A stretch of DNA of 64,000 bases. It comes from an uncultured Gammaproteobacteria bacterium (lineage in GTDB: Bacteria; Patescibacteriota; Patescibacteriia; UBA9934). Location: contig CAZORP010000005.1 of NCBI GenBank assembly GCA_964582615.1, positions 11,994-75,993 of the forward strand, written 5' to 3'. Of this stretch, positions 47,904 to 59,311 are shown one piece after another. The notes under the pieces were generated by a model, which worked only from the letters and a program-made list of their open reading frames with translations, was not told where the DNA came from and did no database searches. Each line of letters opens with the position of its first letter. Positions within the stretch are counted from its first letter, which is position 1. Made by a program: the position numbers and the translations under genes.

Positions 47904-49703
47904 ATGGATATTCGCAATATCGCCATCATCGCCCACGTTGACCACGGCAAAACAACCCTCGTTGACGCCATGCTTAAACAGTCAGGAACCTTTTCAGATC
48001 GTGAGGAGGTAGAAACCTGCGTCATGGACTCTAACGAACTCGAACGCGAGCGTGGAATCACCATTTACGCAAAAAATACCGCCATCATGGTTGATGGAAA
48101 TAAAATCAACATCGTCGACACCCCGGGTCACGCCGACTTCGGATCCGAAGTTGAGCGTGTTTTGCGCATGGTCGACTCCGTTCTTCTTCTTGTTGACGCC
48201 TACGAAGGACCAATGCCACAAACAAAATTCGTTCTTCGCAAATCCCTCGCGCTTGGCCTTAAACCAATTGTCGTACTTAACAAAATCGATAAACCAACTG
48301 CACGTCCAGACTGGGTGCTCGACCAGGTTTTTGACCTTTTCGTTGAGCTTGGTGCAAATGACGATCAGTTGAACTTTACCTACCTTTACGCCATCGGTCG
48401 TGATGGAGTTGCAAAGCGTGAACTTACCGATGAAAGCAAAGATCTTCGCCCACTTTTTGACATTATCCTCAACCAAGTTCCACCCGCAGCAAGCGACACC
48501 TCCAAAGAGCTCCGCATGCAAATTGCAAACCTCAAGTACGACAACTATGTTGGCCGTTTGGGTGTTGGGCGCATTTACGAAGGTATCGTTAAAAACGGCA
48601 TGACCGTTACCGCAATTAAGCCAGACGGAAGCCGCTATAGCGGAAAAATCAGCAAAATCTATACGCATCGTGGACTTGAAAAAATCGAAGTTCAGGAAGC
48701 TGTCGCGGGAGATATCGTGCAAATCGCAGGACTTTCTCAAATTTACGTAGGAGAAACCATCGCTGGAAATGCGCAAGCAGAGGCACTCCCAACACTCGCC
48801 ATCGATGCACCAACGTTGACCATGAACTTCATGCCAAACAGTTCGCCGTTTGCTGGACGCGAGGGATCTCTTGTTACCTCACGTCAAATTCGCGATCGTC
48901 TTGAGCGAGAACTTGAAACTAACGTAGGACTTCACATTGATTTTCCTGATGGAGATGGAGAGTTCAAGGTTTCTGGACGTGGAGAAATGCACCTCTCCGT
49001 GCTTATTGAGCAGATGCGTCGTGAGGGCTTTGAATTACAAGTTTCCCAGCCTCAAGTTATCATGAAGGAAGAGAATGGGGTTGTTTTTGAACCTGTTGAA
49101 AGCGTTATCGTTGACGTTCCTGATGAATTCTCAGGAACCGTTATCGAAAAGCTTGGTCGTCGCAAGGGAGAAATGCGCAACATGCACGCAGAAAACGGAT
49201 CTACTCGCCTTGAATACGTTGTCCCTACGCGAGGACTTCTTGGCTACCGAACCGAGTTCATGACTGACACCAAGGGACAAGGAACACTCGCCCACAACTT
49301 CGCAGAATATGCTCCATGGAAGGGAGATATCGAGCGTCGCTCCACCGGATCAATCATTTCAGGATTTACCGGAGTTACCACCGCATATGCACTTGAAGGC
49401 CTTCAAGATCGCGGACCACTCTTTGTCTCCCCGGGTGTTGACGTGTACGAAGGCATGGTCATTGGAGCATCCATGAAAGAGTCCATGACGGTGAACGCTA
49501 TTCGTGAAAAGAAACTCACGAACATGCGCTCGGCGGGAGCAGAAGACCTTACCCGTCTTACGCCACCTATCGACATGAACCTTGAACGCGCACTTGAATA
49601 TATCGAAGGTGATGAGTACGTTGAAGTGACACCAAAGTCCGTTCGCATTCGCAAAAAGTACCTTACCGAAACTGATCGCAAGCGCGCTGATCGCAGTGCA
49701 TAA
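47904..49703 (+). CDS. typA: Translational GTPase TypA/BipA
   Basis: [21 protein letters not shown]; EF-G-like domains; 599 aa. Convergent terminators lie at 49704-49780. Confidence 0.9.
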   Translation: MDIRNIAIIAHVDHGKTTLVDAMLKQSGTFSDREEVETCVMDSNELERERGITIYAKNTAIMVDGNKINIVDTPGHADFGSEVERVLRMVDSVLLLVDAYEGPMPQTKFVLRKSLALGLKPIVVLNKIDKPTARPDWVLDQVFDLFVELGANDDQLNFTYLYAIGRDGVAKRELTDESKDLRPLFDIILNQVPPAASDTSKELRMQIANLKYDNYVGRLGVGRIYEGIVKNGMTVTAIKPDGSRYSGKISKIYTHRGLEKIEVQEAVAGDIVQIAGLSQIYVGETIAGNAQAEALPTLAIDAPTLTMNFMPNSSPFAGREGSLVTSRQIRDRLERELETNVGLHIDFPDGDGEFKVSGRGEMHLSVLIEQMRREGFELQVSQPQVIMKEENGVVFEPVESVIVDVPDEFSGTVIEKLGRRKGEMRNMHAENGSTRLEYVVPTRGLLGYRTEFMTDTKGQGTLAHNFAEYAPWKGDIERRSTGSIISGFTGVTTAYALEGLQDRGPLFVSPGVDVYEGMVIGASMKESMTVNAIREKKLTNMRSAGAEDLTRLTPPIDMNLERALEYIEGDEYVEVTPKSVRIRKKYLTETDRKRADRSA

Positions 49704-49793
49704 TAAAAAATACCCACCTCATCTGAGTGTGGGTATTTTTATAAAAAACAGGACATTGCCAACGATGACAATGTCCTGTACGAGAGGTGCAGG

Positions 49794-50258
49794 TTACCTG
49801 AGGTTTAACCTCCACATCCGAGCGAGATCCGCCTCAGTGAGGCTTGCAGTCAATCCTACCCGCCAAACCCCACCATCAAACGAGATCCACCGGTCTCGCT
49901 TCTTCGGATTCGGCGACCCCCAGGAAACCTCCGTCACCACGACAGGATCCCATCTCCCCTGTACCCCCCCTCGGTTAAAATACATCCAGAGAAGCGTCTC
50001 TGGAGGTGATGGCAACTCCTCCGAAGCGGGGGTTGCCATCACCTCCCGCATTCCGGAGGTGGTGAAATAGTTCTTCCCGCCCTTTGGGGCAAATGGGGAC
50101 CAAAGAACCCCATTGAATATCTCCCTCTCCTCGGGGGAGAAGAGAAAATCCATCACCCTCTCCCTCCCCCAGTGGGGAATTTGGCCTTCAGGCCACAAAA
50201 AGTGAGCCCCAATCCCTGGGAACGAACGAAGCGCGAACGGAACAAATAGAGCAGCCAT
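49794..50258 (-). CDS. Hypothetical protein (~154 aa)
   Basis: The internal ATG with AAGGAG 7 nt upstream is preferred over the 50291 start. Confidence 0.45.
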   Translation of the reverse strand: MAALFVPFALRSFPGIGAHFLWPEGQIPHWGRERVMDFLFSPEEREIFNGVLWSPFAPKGGKNYFTTSGMREVMATPASEELPSPPETLLWMYFNRGGVQGRWDPVVVTEVSWGSPNPKKRDRWISFDGGVWRVGLTASLTEADLARMWRLNLR

Positions 50259-50384
50259 GACAATCTCCTTGAAAAAGTCTTTTATCGACATGATAAAAGA
50301 CCGCTCATACTAACAAAAATCCCCCTTTCTTGCAATTGCGCAAAACTAAAAAAACACCCACTGGGTGTTTTTTTGATGACAATA

Positions 50385-50981
50385 TTACTTCTTTTTCTGA
50401 GGAAAAACGATGTATGAATGCGCAAGGTCTGGATACGTCTTCACAATACTCTCAATAGACGAGAAAATTTCTTCTAGCCCTTCTTCTTGTTCACGATACT
50501 CTTCCTGATATTCAGCAATAGACTTAGATCCGTATAAGAATCCAAAAGAAGTATTTTGTATAATCTGCCACAGTTCGCCCATGTTCTCAGCGCATATCCG
50601 CGCTTGCTCAACAAGATTCATGACTTCTTCAGTGAGCGGAAGTGCCGGCAAGAAAACCCCCTCTTCTCTCCCCTTCACTAAAAGATCAAGAACCTCGTCT
50701 ATCCTCGTCAGTTGAGCATTGAGAAACGCATAGTGATCCCACCGCGCTCGCAGGTCCTCGAGGCGCTTTGCGCTCTTGCTGGTATCAAGATATGGAACAG
50801 CGTACTCCGAATTTGGCACAAACGACACCCCGCCCTGACTTTCTACGAGATGAATTTGAGCAATTTCATCTTGAATTTTCCTTATTTCATCATCATTTTT
50901 GGCGATCTCTTCTTTATACCAAGAGTATTCAGAGATAATACGCCGAGACCCTTCTTTTTGTTGAGGCTTTTCTTTTCTCAT
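50385..50981 (-). CDS. Hypothetical protein (198 aa), translationally coupled downstream of rpoD
   Basis: Its start is 1 nt after the rpoD stop; a terminator at 50347-50374 follows it. Confidence 0.5.
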   Translation of the reverse strand: MRKEKPQQKEGSRRIISEYSWYKEEIAKNDDEIRKIQDEIAQIHLVESQGGVSFVPNSEYAVPYLDTSKSAKRLEDLRARWDHYAFLNAQLTRIDEVLDLLVKGREEGVFLPALPLTEEVMNLVEQARICAENMGELWQIIQNTSFGFLYGSKSIAEYQEEYREQEEGLEEIFSSIESIVKTYPDLAHSYIVFPQKKK

Positions 50982-50982
50982 A

Positions 50983-52296
50983 TTAGTAATCCTTCAGCTT
51001 TTGAATGATTTCTTTTTGCTGAATTTTTTCAAGAGCCTTTGCTTCAATTTGACGAATACGCTCACGAGTAACATCAAATTCTCGACCAACCTCTTCAAGA
51101 GTATGAGAAACACCATCCTCAAGACCAAAACGCAATTCGAGAATCTTCTGTTCACGAGGCGTGAGATCCTTCATCGCCTCGGTAACGTAGTCTTTAAGCA
51201 GTTGACGAGCGGCGCTTTTATCGGGAGAAAGATTTTTCGCGTCCTCAATAAAGTCCGCGAGCTTGGAATCATCGTCATCGTCACCAACTGAAGTGTCAAG
51301 CGATGCCGTTTCTTGAGAAATCTTCTGAATGTGCACCACCTTATCAATGGGCATGTCCATCTCTGCGGCAAGCTCCTCAAGAAGAGGCTCACGTCCAAGG
51401 TCTTGAATCAATCGACGCTCAACCTGCTTGAAACGATTAATCGTTTCAACCATGTGCACCGGAATACGGATAGTGCGAGATTGATCAGCAAGAGCACGCG
51501 TAATTGCTTGACGAATCCACCAGGTAGCATAGGTAGAAAACTTGAATCCCTTACGGTATTCAAATTTCTTCACCGCACGGAAAAGTCCAACATTTCCCTC
51601 TTGAATAAGGTCAAGCAACGAAAGCTGTTTTCCTACAAATTTCTTGGCAATAGAAACTACCAAGCGGAGGTTTGCCTCAATAAGACGACGCTCAGCTTCT
51701 TTATCGTTACGTTCCTTTCGTTTTGCGAGCAACACCTCTTCTTCAGCAGTAAGGAGAGGGATCTTTCCAATTTCACGCAAGTACATCTGAATACTATCCT
51801 GCGTGAGTTCTGACGCGAGCGCGGATACTTCAGGACGCTTTTCAACCGTAATACGAAGCTTGTCATAAACATCGCTTCGGCTTTTCCCTCCTCCCAAAAA
51901 GCCCTCCTTCATTTCAACGAAGTGGAGACCCTTGCGCTCAACGCGCTCCATGAACTCTTCAAGAAGTTCGAGGTGATCTTCAATATATCCGAACGTAAAA
52001 AGCACTTCGTTTTCGGTAACGAATCCTCGCATCATGCCGCGATCAATCACCGCCTGCAAAGCATCTTCCGATGGTGGTGGAGATTTTTTATCAGCAACAA
52101 GCTTTGCCGGAGAAGGCACCTTTGTTGGGGTCAGTACGGTCTTTGGGGAAGACTTTTGCACCGAGGACGAACCTGTCTTAGCCGCCTTCGTTCCAGAAAC
52201 CTTATTTCCCTTCTTTACTTTTTCTTCCTCAGTCTTCTTATCGACTAGCGCGCGCATCTTTGAACGTACAGAATTCACAATATTTTTCACAGGCAT
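50983..52296 (-). CDS. rpoD: RNA polymerase primary sigma factor (sigma-70)
   Basis: Region 2 [37 protein letters not shown] and region 4 [24 protein letters not shown]. Confidence 0.9.
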   Translation of the reverse strand: MPVKNIVNSVRSKMRALVDKKTEEEKVKKGNKVSGTKAAKTGSSSVQKSSPKTVLTPTKVPSPAKLVADKKSPPPSEDALQAVIDRGMMRGFVTENEVLFTFGYIEDHLELLEEFMERVERKGLHFVEMKEGFLGGGKSRSDVYDKLRITVEKRPEVSALASELTQDSIQMYLREIGKIPLLTAEEEVLLAKRKERNDKEAERRLIEANLRLVVSIAKKFVGKQLSLLDLIQEGNVGLFRAVKKFEYRKGFKFSTYATWWIRQAITRALADQSRTIRIPVHMVETINRFKQVERRLIQDLGREPLLEELAAEMDMPIDKVVHIQKISQETASLDTSVGDDDDDSKLADFIEDAKNLSPDKSAARQLLKDYVTEAMKDLTPREQKILELRFGLEDGVSHTLEEVGREFDVTRERIRQIEAKALEKIQQKEIIQKLKDY

Positions 52297-52311
52297 ACAC
52301 AAAGCAAGAGA

Positions 52312-54225
52312 TTATCGCATCTTGCGAAATTCAGATAAGAGCGCGCTGTATTGAGCAAGAAGTGCGTGAAGACGATCAAGGTTTCCCTGCGCTTCAGCTT
52401 GCCGAATAGCCGCTTCTAATGATTTTTTTTGATCTTCCATGCGCGCACGCGCAAGAAAGAGAAAGTGCCGTCGTGCTTCTTCGTGCTTTTGGGATTGCGA
52501 CAGTCCGGCAACGATCTCGTCGTAAAGAAGCACCGCGCGATCAAGCACGGAAGAAAGGTGCTTGCGGGAGGCGTCATCGAGATATGCCCGAAGTTGCGTG
52601 AAAAGGGATTGTGATTCACCCGAGGAAGAAGAACGTTCCTGAGAAGCAGTATACACGGTCTTTAGGGCCTCGTAAAGAATATTCCACGGATCTTCAAGCG
52701 GTTTTTCGGCGAACTTTTCAAGAAAAAATGGCGTGAATTGAGCGTCGGAAAGCGCGTGCATGAATAAAAACGCCTGTGCACGCTCGCGTGGAGACGATCC
52801 AAGACTCTCAGAAACTTGCCAAGACTTCACCTCACGCGCGACGACACCTCCCTGCCCTTTAGCCTGTTGAGGCTGTTGCATCTGCGTTTCTTGAGGCTTT
52901 TTCCTTCGTGCAAGTTCTTCAATAAGTACCTCCGGAGAAACATGCGTAGCATCAGCAAGTTGTAAGAGATAAAGATGTCGCTCATCGGAACGAACAATGT
53001 CTTGAAGATAAGGCAATAGTGCATCAATAAGCGCCTTGCGTGCATCAAGCGAGAGAGTTTCCCCAAAGCGAATATGAAAATCCTCAAAGGTTCGCTCGAA
53101 AACATAAGCAACGCTTCCCACCGAACGTTCAACAAGATCCCTCCAGGCTTGCGGATCTTTACGAACAACATCATCGGGATCCTTTCCTAGTTGAGGAGGA
53201 ATGCTAATACAACGAATATCATAACTAAGATCCTGCTGTTGAAGTGCAAGCGCAAAAGCCAAAACACGTTTTGCCGCAGAAAATCCAGCAGAATCTCCAT
53301 CAAGACAAAAAATAAATCGTTTTGTATATCGAGATAGAAGTTTAAGCTGTGCAGGCGTCAGTGCAGTTCCTGAAGATGCAACAACATGCTGAACGCCAGC
53401 CTGATGCGATGAAATGACGTCAAGATTTCCCTCAACGATAATGACCGCATCCTGTTTTCGAATTGCCTGCTTTGCAACCGAAAGTCCATACACGACCTCG
53501 CCTTTTTTATACAGAATCGTTTCTGGAGAATTAACATACTTTGCGGCGTCGGGTGGATGGACGCCACCAGGAAGAACTCTTCCGGTAAATGCAATGACAT
53601 TTCCCTGAGCATCTGAAATTGGAACCATGAGACGATCGCGAAAACGATCAAAAACTCCTGAACCATTTTTTCGCTCAAGTGCAAGACCTCCGCGAACCAT
53701 TTCATCATCACGATATCCTCGCTTATGAAGCCACGTCACCAATCCATCCCACCCCTCGGATGCCGCTCCAAGCTGGAATACTTCACGCGTCTGACCATCA
53801 ATCCCTCGGGTATCGCAATACGATCGAGCACGTGCTCCAGCAGGAAACTCTCGCAGTGATGTTGCGTAATACGTTGCCGCCTCTTTGTAAAGCGCAAGGT
53901 AGCGTAAACGTTCGTCTTCGTGTTCTTGAGATTGCGGTTGATACGCAGGGAGCACAACACCCGCGCGAGATGCGAGCATGCGCAAAGCCTCTGCAAACGT
54001 TATCCCCTCCATCTCCATGAGGAAAGAAAAAATATCCCCCCCTTTATCACATCCAAAGCATTTAAAAATTTGACGATCTCGAGAAACATGAAACGAAGGA
54101 GACCGCTCCTGATGAAAGGGGCAGATTCCTTTAAGACTTCCCGTTCCAGCGGGTTTTAACTGGACATATTCTCCGATAAGCTCAGCAATATCGAGAGATT
54201 GTTTAACGAGCTCTTTTGGTTCCAT
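52312..54225 (-). CDS. dnaG: DNA primase
   Basis: Zn-ribbon CPFHQERSPSFHV..CFGC and a TOPRIM domain (EGNLD), 637 aa, immediately upstream of rpoD. Confidence 0.9.
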   Translation of the reverse strand: MEPKELVKQSLDIAELIGEYVQLKPAGTGSLKGICPFHQERSPSFHVSRDRQIFKCFGCDKGGDIFSFLMEMEGITFAEALRMLASRAGVVLPAYQPQSQEHEDERLRYLALYKEAATYYATSLREFPAGARARSYCDTRGIDGQTREVFQLGAASEGWDGLVTWLHKRGYRDDEMVRGGLALERKNGSGVFDRFRDRLMVPISDAQGNVIAFTGRVLPGGVHPPDAAKYVNSPETILYKKGEVVYGLSVAKQAIRKQDAVIIVEGNLDVISSHQAGVQHVVASSGTALTPAQLKLLSRYTKRFIFCLDGDSAGFSAAKRVLAFALALQQQDLSYDIRCISIPPQLGKDPDDVVRKDPQAWRDLVERSVGSVAYVFERTFEDFHIRFGETLSLDARKALIDALLPYLQDIVRSDERHLYLLQLADATHVSPEVLIEELARRKKPQETQMQQPQQAKGQGGVVAREVKSWQVSESLGSSPRERAQAFLFMHALSDAQFTPFFLEKFAEKPLEDPWNILYEALKTVYTASQERSSSSGESQSLFTQLRAYLDDASRKHLSSVLDRAVLLYDEIVAGLSQSQKHEEARRHFLFLARARMEDQKKSLEAAIRQAEAQGNLDRLHALLAQYSALLSEFRKMR

Positions 54226-54433
54226 ACAGCTATGCTAAGAGTAGCCTGAAAGCGCAACCCTCGCAACTTTACATACATCCCTTATTCTGCTAAAATTTCC
54301 CGTTATTTGGGACAGCGAGCAGGTACTCTTTCCAAGAGAACTCGCCCGTTACGCTCCAAGCAGGGCCGACCTCCACACCCTTCGAGGGTTCGGACGTCTG
54401 CTTCGGACAACCAATGACACTCGTCATCCTAGC

Positions 54434-54697
54434 TTAGGGTGACGTTTTTTCTTTTTCCTCTTTGAGACGACGGATTTTCTCACTCCTGCCACGGTTGTAT
54501 TCTCCCGCATCGCCATTAGAACGGATAACTCTATGACATGGAATCGTTGGATCGTAATTTTTCTTTAAAATACTTCCAACTGCACGATACGCCCGGGGAC
54601 TACCCGCACGCTCGGCGACTTCGCGATACGTAGCAACCTCTCCCTCGGGAATACAACGAACAACATCATGTACCCGCTGAGTGAATGTTTTTTTCAT
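54434..54697 (-). CDS. Methylated-DNA--protein-cysteine methyltransferase family (C-terminal domain only, 87 aa)
   Basis: PCHRV active-site motif. Confidence 0.7.
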   Translation of the reverse strand: MKKTFTQRVHDVVRCIPEGEVATYREVAERAGSPRAYRAVGSILKKNYDPTIPCHRVIRSNGDAGEYNRGRSEKIRRLKEEKEKTSP

Positions 54698-54724
54698 AAA
54701 AAGAAAAAGAGGTTGTCGCCTCTT

Positions 54725-55213
54725 TTAATGTACAAGTGAGCTCATTTTCATCTTCGTTACGCGCGGCTCTTTTTTAATACGCTGATACTTTGCTTGGATG
54801 GTCGCCGATGCGAGAATGTGTCCCTCCATAGCTCGTTCAAGCACGTGTCGTTGAGATCCTCTTGGAAGATTGAGCGTCACCGAAAGCGCGAAGACCATAA
54901 AACGATATTCATGCTCTCCGTAACTTGGACAAGGTCCTCCGTAGCCAATTTCACTAAAATCAGTTTCTCCCTCAACAGCACCCTTGGGAAGAGTATCCTC
55001 AGGAATGCAGGTTATTGCGGGATCAATATTCCACACCGACCAGTGCAACCAATTGCCACTGGGAGATTTTGGATCGTCGATCATGAGAACCAAACTCTTC
55101 GCGTCTTGAGGAACATCAGCAAAGCGGAGTTCCGGATTCACATCATCGCCGTCACATGTGTACTTTGATGGTACTCGACTACCATCTTCGAACGCTGGAC
55201 TCATGATGCGCAT
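54725..55213 (-). CDS. YbhB/YbcL-family PEBP (Raf kinase inhibitor-like) protein
   Basis: DPD..P motif in MIDDPKSPSGNWLHW, GYGGPCP, HEYRF. Confidence 0.8.
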   Translation of the reverse strand: MRIMSPAFEDGSRVPSKYTCDGDDVNPELRFADVPQDAKSLVLMIDDPKSPSGNWLHWSVWNIDPAITCIPEDTLPKGAVEGETDFSEIGYGGPCPSYGEHEYRFMVFALSVTLNLPRGSQRHVLERAMEGHILASATIQAKYQRIKKEPRVTKMKMSSLVH

Positions 55214-55291
55214 ATACGGTACTCATCATAAAATGAGTTCATCTCTCTCACAAGAGAATTCATGCACAGCCTCTCACGTCTTTTCTTCTTT

Positions 55292-55984
55292 CTATGCTTG
55301 CATGAGATTTTTACGTGCGCGATGAAGCTCATCATGCGTACCAACAGGCTGCCACATCGTTGCTTCTTCAATATGAACATCACATCGCTTTGCAATGCGT
55401 GCAAGTGTATGCGGAATACTTGCCTCAGAAGATCCTCGCACGGAAATTATTTCAAGAGGCTCTGAAAAATATGCATCACCTAGTACATACGCTCCACAAT
55501 TTTGCCAAGCATCCGATTGTGGTCCGGGAAGAAAACCGCGAAGCAATAAGGATGACTCGTCAACCAAGAATGGATTGGCGACACTTTCTTTTGTGCGACG
55601 AGCGAGTACCGCGTGTTCATAAGAGAGCATGCGCTGAAGATCTTCTTGCGCATAAAGATCATCACCATTAACAACAAGCAATCGTTCTCCGGAAAGACGC
55701 TGAACACAGGCGAGGGCCCCTCCAGTTCCCGTGAGTTCAGACTGCTCTACATATACCAACGAACACGATCCAAAGCGATCCCCCAGCGCGGTACGAATCT
55801 GATCGCCAAGATAACCAACCACAATCACAACCTCCCGAATCTCCAAAGGAATCGATCGCAGTACATGCACAATAAGCGGATCGTGATCAAGTAAAACAAG
55901 AGGCTTGGGGAGGTTTTGTGTAAGCGGAAGAAGTCGAGTTCCTTTTCCCGCGGCAAGAATGACGGCGCGCATAGATGAAGGCAT
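55292..55984 (-). CDS. Sugar-phosphate nucleotidyltransferase (short NTP-transferase)
   Basis: MRAVILAAGKGTRLLPLT..PKPLV signature. Confidence 0.75.
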   Translation of the reverse strand: MPSSMRAVILAAGKGTRLLPLTQNLPKPLVLLDHDPLIVHVLRSIPLEIREVVIVVGYLGDQIRTALGDRFGSCSLVYVEQSELTGTGGALACVQRLSGERLLVVNGDDLYAQEDLQRMLSYEHAVLARRTKESVANPFLVDESSLLLRGFLPGPQSDAWQNCGAYVLGDAYFSEPLEIISVRGSSEASIPHTLARIAKRCDVHIEEATMWQPVGTHDELHRARKNLMQA

Positions 55985-56138
55985 CGTAACATAAAAAAAA
56001 TCCCGCACGTGAATCGTACGGGACCCCTCAAGACGAGGGAAGAAATTGCGTCCTTTTTTACAATGTGAGGCCCACCGCCACACATCGTTCAAAAAACGCA
56101 ACTGTCAATTTTATCAAAAAACATCACCATCGTCAAGA

Positions 56139-57404
56139 CTATACTTCATGAAATGACTCACGATGCAAAGATTCTCCCCCGCCACTATGGCGAACACCTG
56201 CAAGAAAAACTAGCCACGCCAAAAAGATTATCGTTCCGGAAATGAGCATTGGAAGACGAATATCGTACACAATAACCATTCCCGCGATAACCGGAGGAAG
56301 CATTTGTGCTAACGCTTGAACCGATGATTGGATACCAAGAATCTCCCCCTGCGACTTAGGATCTGCAAGTTGAGAAATCATTGCGCTGGTATTTGGGTTT
56401 ACAAAACCATTTGCAATCGCCACAAATGGCAACGACCACATAAGCATCATTGGCGCACTAGGAAGAAGAAGCGCGGGAATGGCGAGCGCAAGGCCAAGAA
56501 GTGCAATGCGAAGAACCTGGGCAGAAGAATAGCGCGACCCTACAAGTCGCAAGAGAAAAGCCTGTGTAATAACAATCCAAACACCTATCACCGCAAAGGT
56601 GTCTCCAATTTGCGATTCGGAAAATCCAAAACGATCGACGAGATACACTTGAAAAAATTGTGTAAAGAACGAAAAGCCAAGCGTGACCAAGAAAATTACC
56701 GTAAACATTGTACGCGTTGCTGGCATTGAAAAAGCCTTGGCAATATTTGAAAATCCTGTAAAAAAACTCATGGGTTTATAGAGTTTTTTCTGCAATGTTT
56801 CAGGTATCTTCACATATACCATGCACATATTTAGCGCAGAAATAAGTGCGGCAAAATAAAATGGCGTTGCGGCAGTAAACCACGATACCAACGAAGCATC
56901 GGCAAGCTTTCCTCCAATGTAGGGCCCTATGATAAAACCAAGACCAAATGCGGCACCAATCATGCCGAACGCCTTCGCGCGATCTTGAGGCTTAGTGACA
57001 TCGGTAAGAACCGCCATGGCAACTGCAATATTTCCACCCGTGAATCCATCAAGAAGTCTACTTGCAAACAAGAGAGGGATATTTTTAAAAAGAATTCCGA
57101 TTGCAAACATGACGTATCCGAGTGCAGTTCCTAGTAATGACGCAAGCAAAACACCCCGACGACCGCGTCTATCCGCAAGCGCCCCAAGAAGTGGAGCTCC
57201 GAAAAATTGCGCAAAAGGAAACGCCGCGGAAAGAAGTCCGTACAATATTCCTCTCATGAGCATTGAGGTTTCGGAAGGAAGAATACTTCCCTGTCCAAAA
57301 AAGAGTGGCCCAAGAACAGGAATGATAATTCCCACGCCAAGCATGTCGATAAAGATCGTGAGAAAAAGAATGGAACGCGAAAAGTTTTTTTGCATATGTA
57401 TCAT
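56139..57404 (-). CDS. MFS transporter (drug:H+ antiporter-like)
   Basis: 12 predicted TM helices; GALADRRGRRGVLL motif. Confidence 0.85.
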   Translation of the reverse strand: MIHMQKNFSRSILFLTIFIDMLGVGIIIPVLGPLFFGQGSILPSETSMLMRGILYGLLSAAFPFAQFFGAPLLGALADRRGRRGVLLASLLGTALGYVMFAIGILFKNIPLLFASRLLDGFTGGNIAVAMAVLTDVTKPQDRAKAFGMIGAAFGLGFIIGPYIGGKLADASLVSWFTAATPFYFAALISALNMCMVYVKIPETLQKKLYKPMSFFTGFSNIAKAFSMPATRTMFTVIFLVTLGFSFFTQFFQVYLVDRFGFSESQIGDTFAVIGVWIVITQAFLLRLVGSRYSSAQVLRIALLGLALAIPALLLPSAPMMLMWSLPFVAIANGFVNPNTSAMISQLADPKSQGEILGIQSSVQALAQMLPPVIAGMVIVYDIRLPMLISGTIIFLAWLVFLAGVRHSGGGESLHRESFHEV

Positions 57405-57435
57405 GGAAATTATCTCCCTGCCATACCATCACTCT

Positions 57436-57834
57436 CTACACCCCCGCAAGCTTTTCAATGCGACGCGCTTGAGCCGATGTCACCGGCATCACTGAAAGTC
57501 GAGATTGCTTTACAAGAAGCATCTCCTTCATACCATCATCATGTTTTATCTGCTCCAAGGAAACTGCTCGAGGACATCGTTCAAGCGGAACAATGTCAAC
57601 AACAACCCACGCGGAATCCTGAGGATCGGGGTACGGAGATGAGACGATGCGAGCAAGGCCAACAATCTCTTTATCTTTTTGACTATGATAAATAAAAACC
57701 GTATCTCCGGAACGCATCGCGGAAAGATACTGCCTCGCCTGAGGATTACGAACCCCATCCCACACTGCACGACCATCTTTTACAAGATTATCAAATCCAT
57801 AAGTTTCAGGATCCGACTTGAGAAGCCAGTACGC
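57436..57834 (-). CDS. EVE (PUA-like) domain protein
   Basis: MAYWLLKSDPETYGFDNLVKDGRAVWDGVRN matches the EVE domain N-terminus. Confidence 0.75.
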   Translation of the reverse strand, partial: AYWLLKSDPETYGFDNLVKDGRAVWDGVRNPQARQYLSAMRSGDTVFIYHSQKDKEIVGLARIVSSPYPDPQDSAWVVVDIVPLERCPRAVSLEQIKHDDGMKEMLLVKQSRLSVMPVTSAQARRIEKLAGV

Positions 57835-57841
57835 CATACCT

Positions 57842-59272
57842 TTAGTATGAGCGAGCAAAAATAACTCTCGTTGATGAAGGACGTCCTGTCATGACACAAG
57901 CACCTTCCTCGGGCTTTTCGGAAAATGGAATACAGCGAATGGTCGCGTTGGTGAGTTCTTTAATTTTAGCTTCCGTCGCCGAGTCACCATCCCAGTGCGC
58001 ACGCACAAAGCATCCCCTCTCAATTGCGGCGACAAAATCTTCCCAAGTATCAACCGCAACAATCTTTTCATCACGATACGCACGTGCACGCGCAAGTAAT
58101 GTTTCATGAATCTGCTCAAGAAGTTGGGGTATCTCCTTATCAAGAACATCAAGACTCAAGGAAGTCTTTTCACCGGTATCACGACGAGCAACTACCGCAA
58201 CTCCTGCGTCGAGATCCTTTGGACCAAGCTCAAGACGCAAAGGAACACCCTTCTTTTCCCACGCAAAAATCTTTTCACCGGGACGACCTTCCTTGGTATC
58301 AACCTTTACACGAATACCAACTCGCTTAAGACGCTCTTCAATACTCTTTGCTGCGGAAAGTATTCCTTCGCGCTGTTCGTCCTTGAACCACAAAGGAATA
58401 ATCACCACTTGCGTTGCCGCGAGGCGAGGTGGAACAACAAGGCCCTTGTCATCACTATGCGTCATGATAAGTCCTCCGATACTTCGCGTAGAAAGTCCCC
58501 AGCTTGTTTGATGACAGAACTGCTCGGTATTTTGCTCGTCGGTAAAGGTTACATGGAACGCTTTTGCAAAATTTTGTCCAAGATGATGCGACGTTGCAAA
58601 TTGCAAAGCCTTACCATCTTGCATCATCGCCTCGAGACAATATGTACGAAGAGCTCCTGCGAATTTTTCAGACTCGCTCTTTTGTCCGGGAATAACCGGT
58701 ATCGCCATCACGTTCTCGGCGAAGTCTCGATATACCTCGAGCATCATGCGAGCACGCTCATCAGCTTCAGCGTCGGTTGCATGCACTGTGTGACCTTCTT
58801 GCCACAAGAACTCCGTGGTGCGCAAAAAGAGCCTTGTACGCTTTTCCCAGCGAACAACGTTTGCCCATTGGTTAATAAGAAGCGGGAGATCGCGATACGA
58901 GTGAACCCAATCTTTAAAAACTTCGTACATGATGGTCTCGGACGTAGGACGAACCACCAAGGGTTCATCAAGTGGACCGCCACCGGCATGTGTCACCGTT
59001 GCAACTTCGGGAGCAAATCCCTCAACATGATCCTCTTCTCGAGTTAGCAAAGAACGAGGAATAAAAAGTGGGAAATAGGCATTTTCAACCCCCGTTTCCT
59101 TGAAGCGACGATCAAGCTCTTCTTCAATGCGCTCCCATAGAGCGTAGCCGTAAGGCTTAATAATCATGCATCCTTTCACCGGAGAATGCTCGGCCATATC
59201 TGCCGCGGCAATAACATCAAGATACCACTGATTGTAGTCTTCCTTGCGAGGAGTAATGCGAATATCGGACAT
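57842..59272 (-). CDS. proS: Proline--tRNA ligase (archaeal/eukaryotic-type class II)
   Basis: N-terminal RKEDYNQWYLDVI..., class II motifs, C-terminal zinc-binding ProRS domain, 476 aa. Confidence 0.9.
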   Translation of the reverse strand: MSDIRITPRKEDYNQWYLDVIAAADMAEHSPVKGCMIIKPYGYALWERIEEELDRRFKETGVENAYFPLFIPRSLLTREEDHVEGFAPEVATVTHAGGGPLDEPLVVRPTSETIMYEVFKDWVHSYRDLPLLINQWANVVRWEKRTRLFLRTTEFLWQEGHTVHATDAEADERARMMLEVYRDFAENVMAIPVIPGQKSESEKFAGALRTYCLEAMMQDGKALQFATSHHLGQNFAKAFHVTFTDEQNTEQFCHQTSWGLSTRSIGGLIMTHSDDKGLVVPPRLAATQVVIIPLWFKDEQREGILSAAKSIEERLKRVGIRVKVDTKEGRPGEKIFAWEKKGVPLRLELGPKDLDAGVAVVARRDTGEKTSLSLDVLDKEIPQLLEQIHETLLARARAYRDEKIVAVDTWEDFVAAIERGCFVRAHWDGDSATEAKIKELTNATIRCIPFSEKPEEGACVMTGRPSSTRVIFARSY

Positions 59273-59311
59273 ATGACGGTAGTCTATCGGAAAGATTCAA
59301 AAATGTCACCC

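Noticed and set aside
58106-59047. 313-aa plus-strand ORF antisense to proS
   Set aside because: proS has unmistakable ProRS motifs on the minus strand; the antisense ORF has no features.
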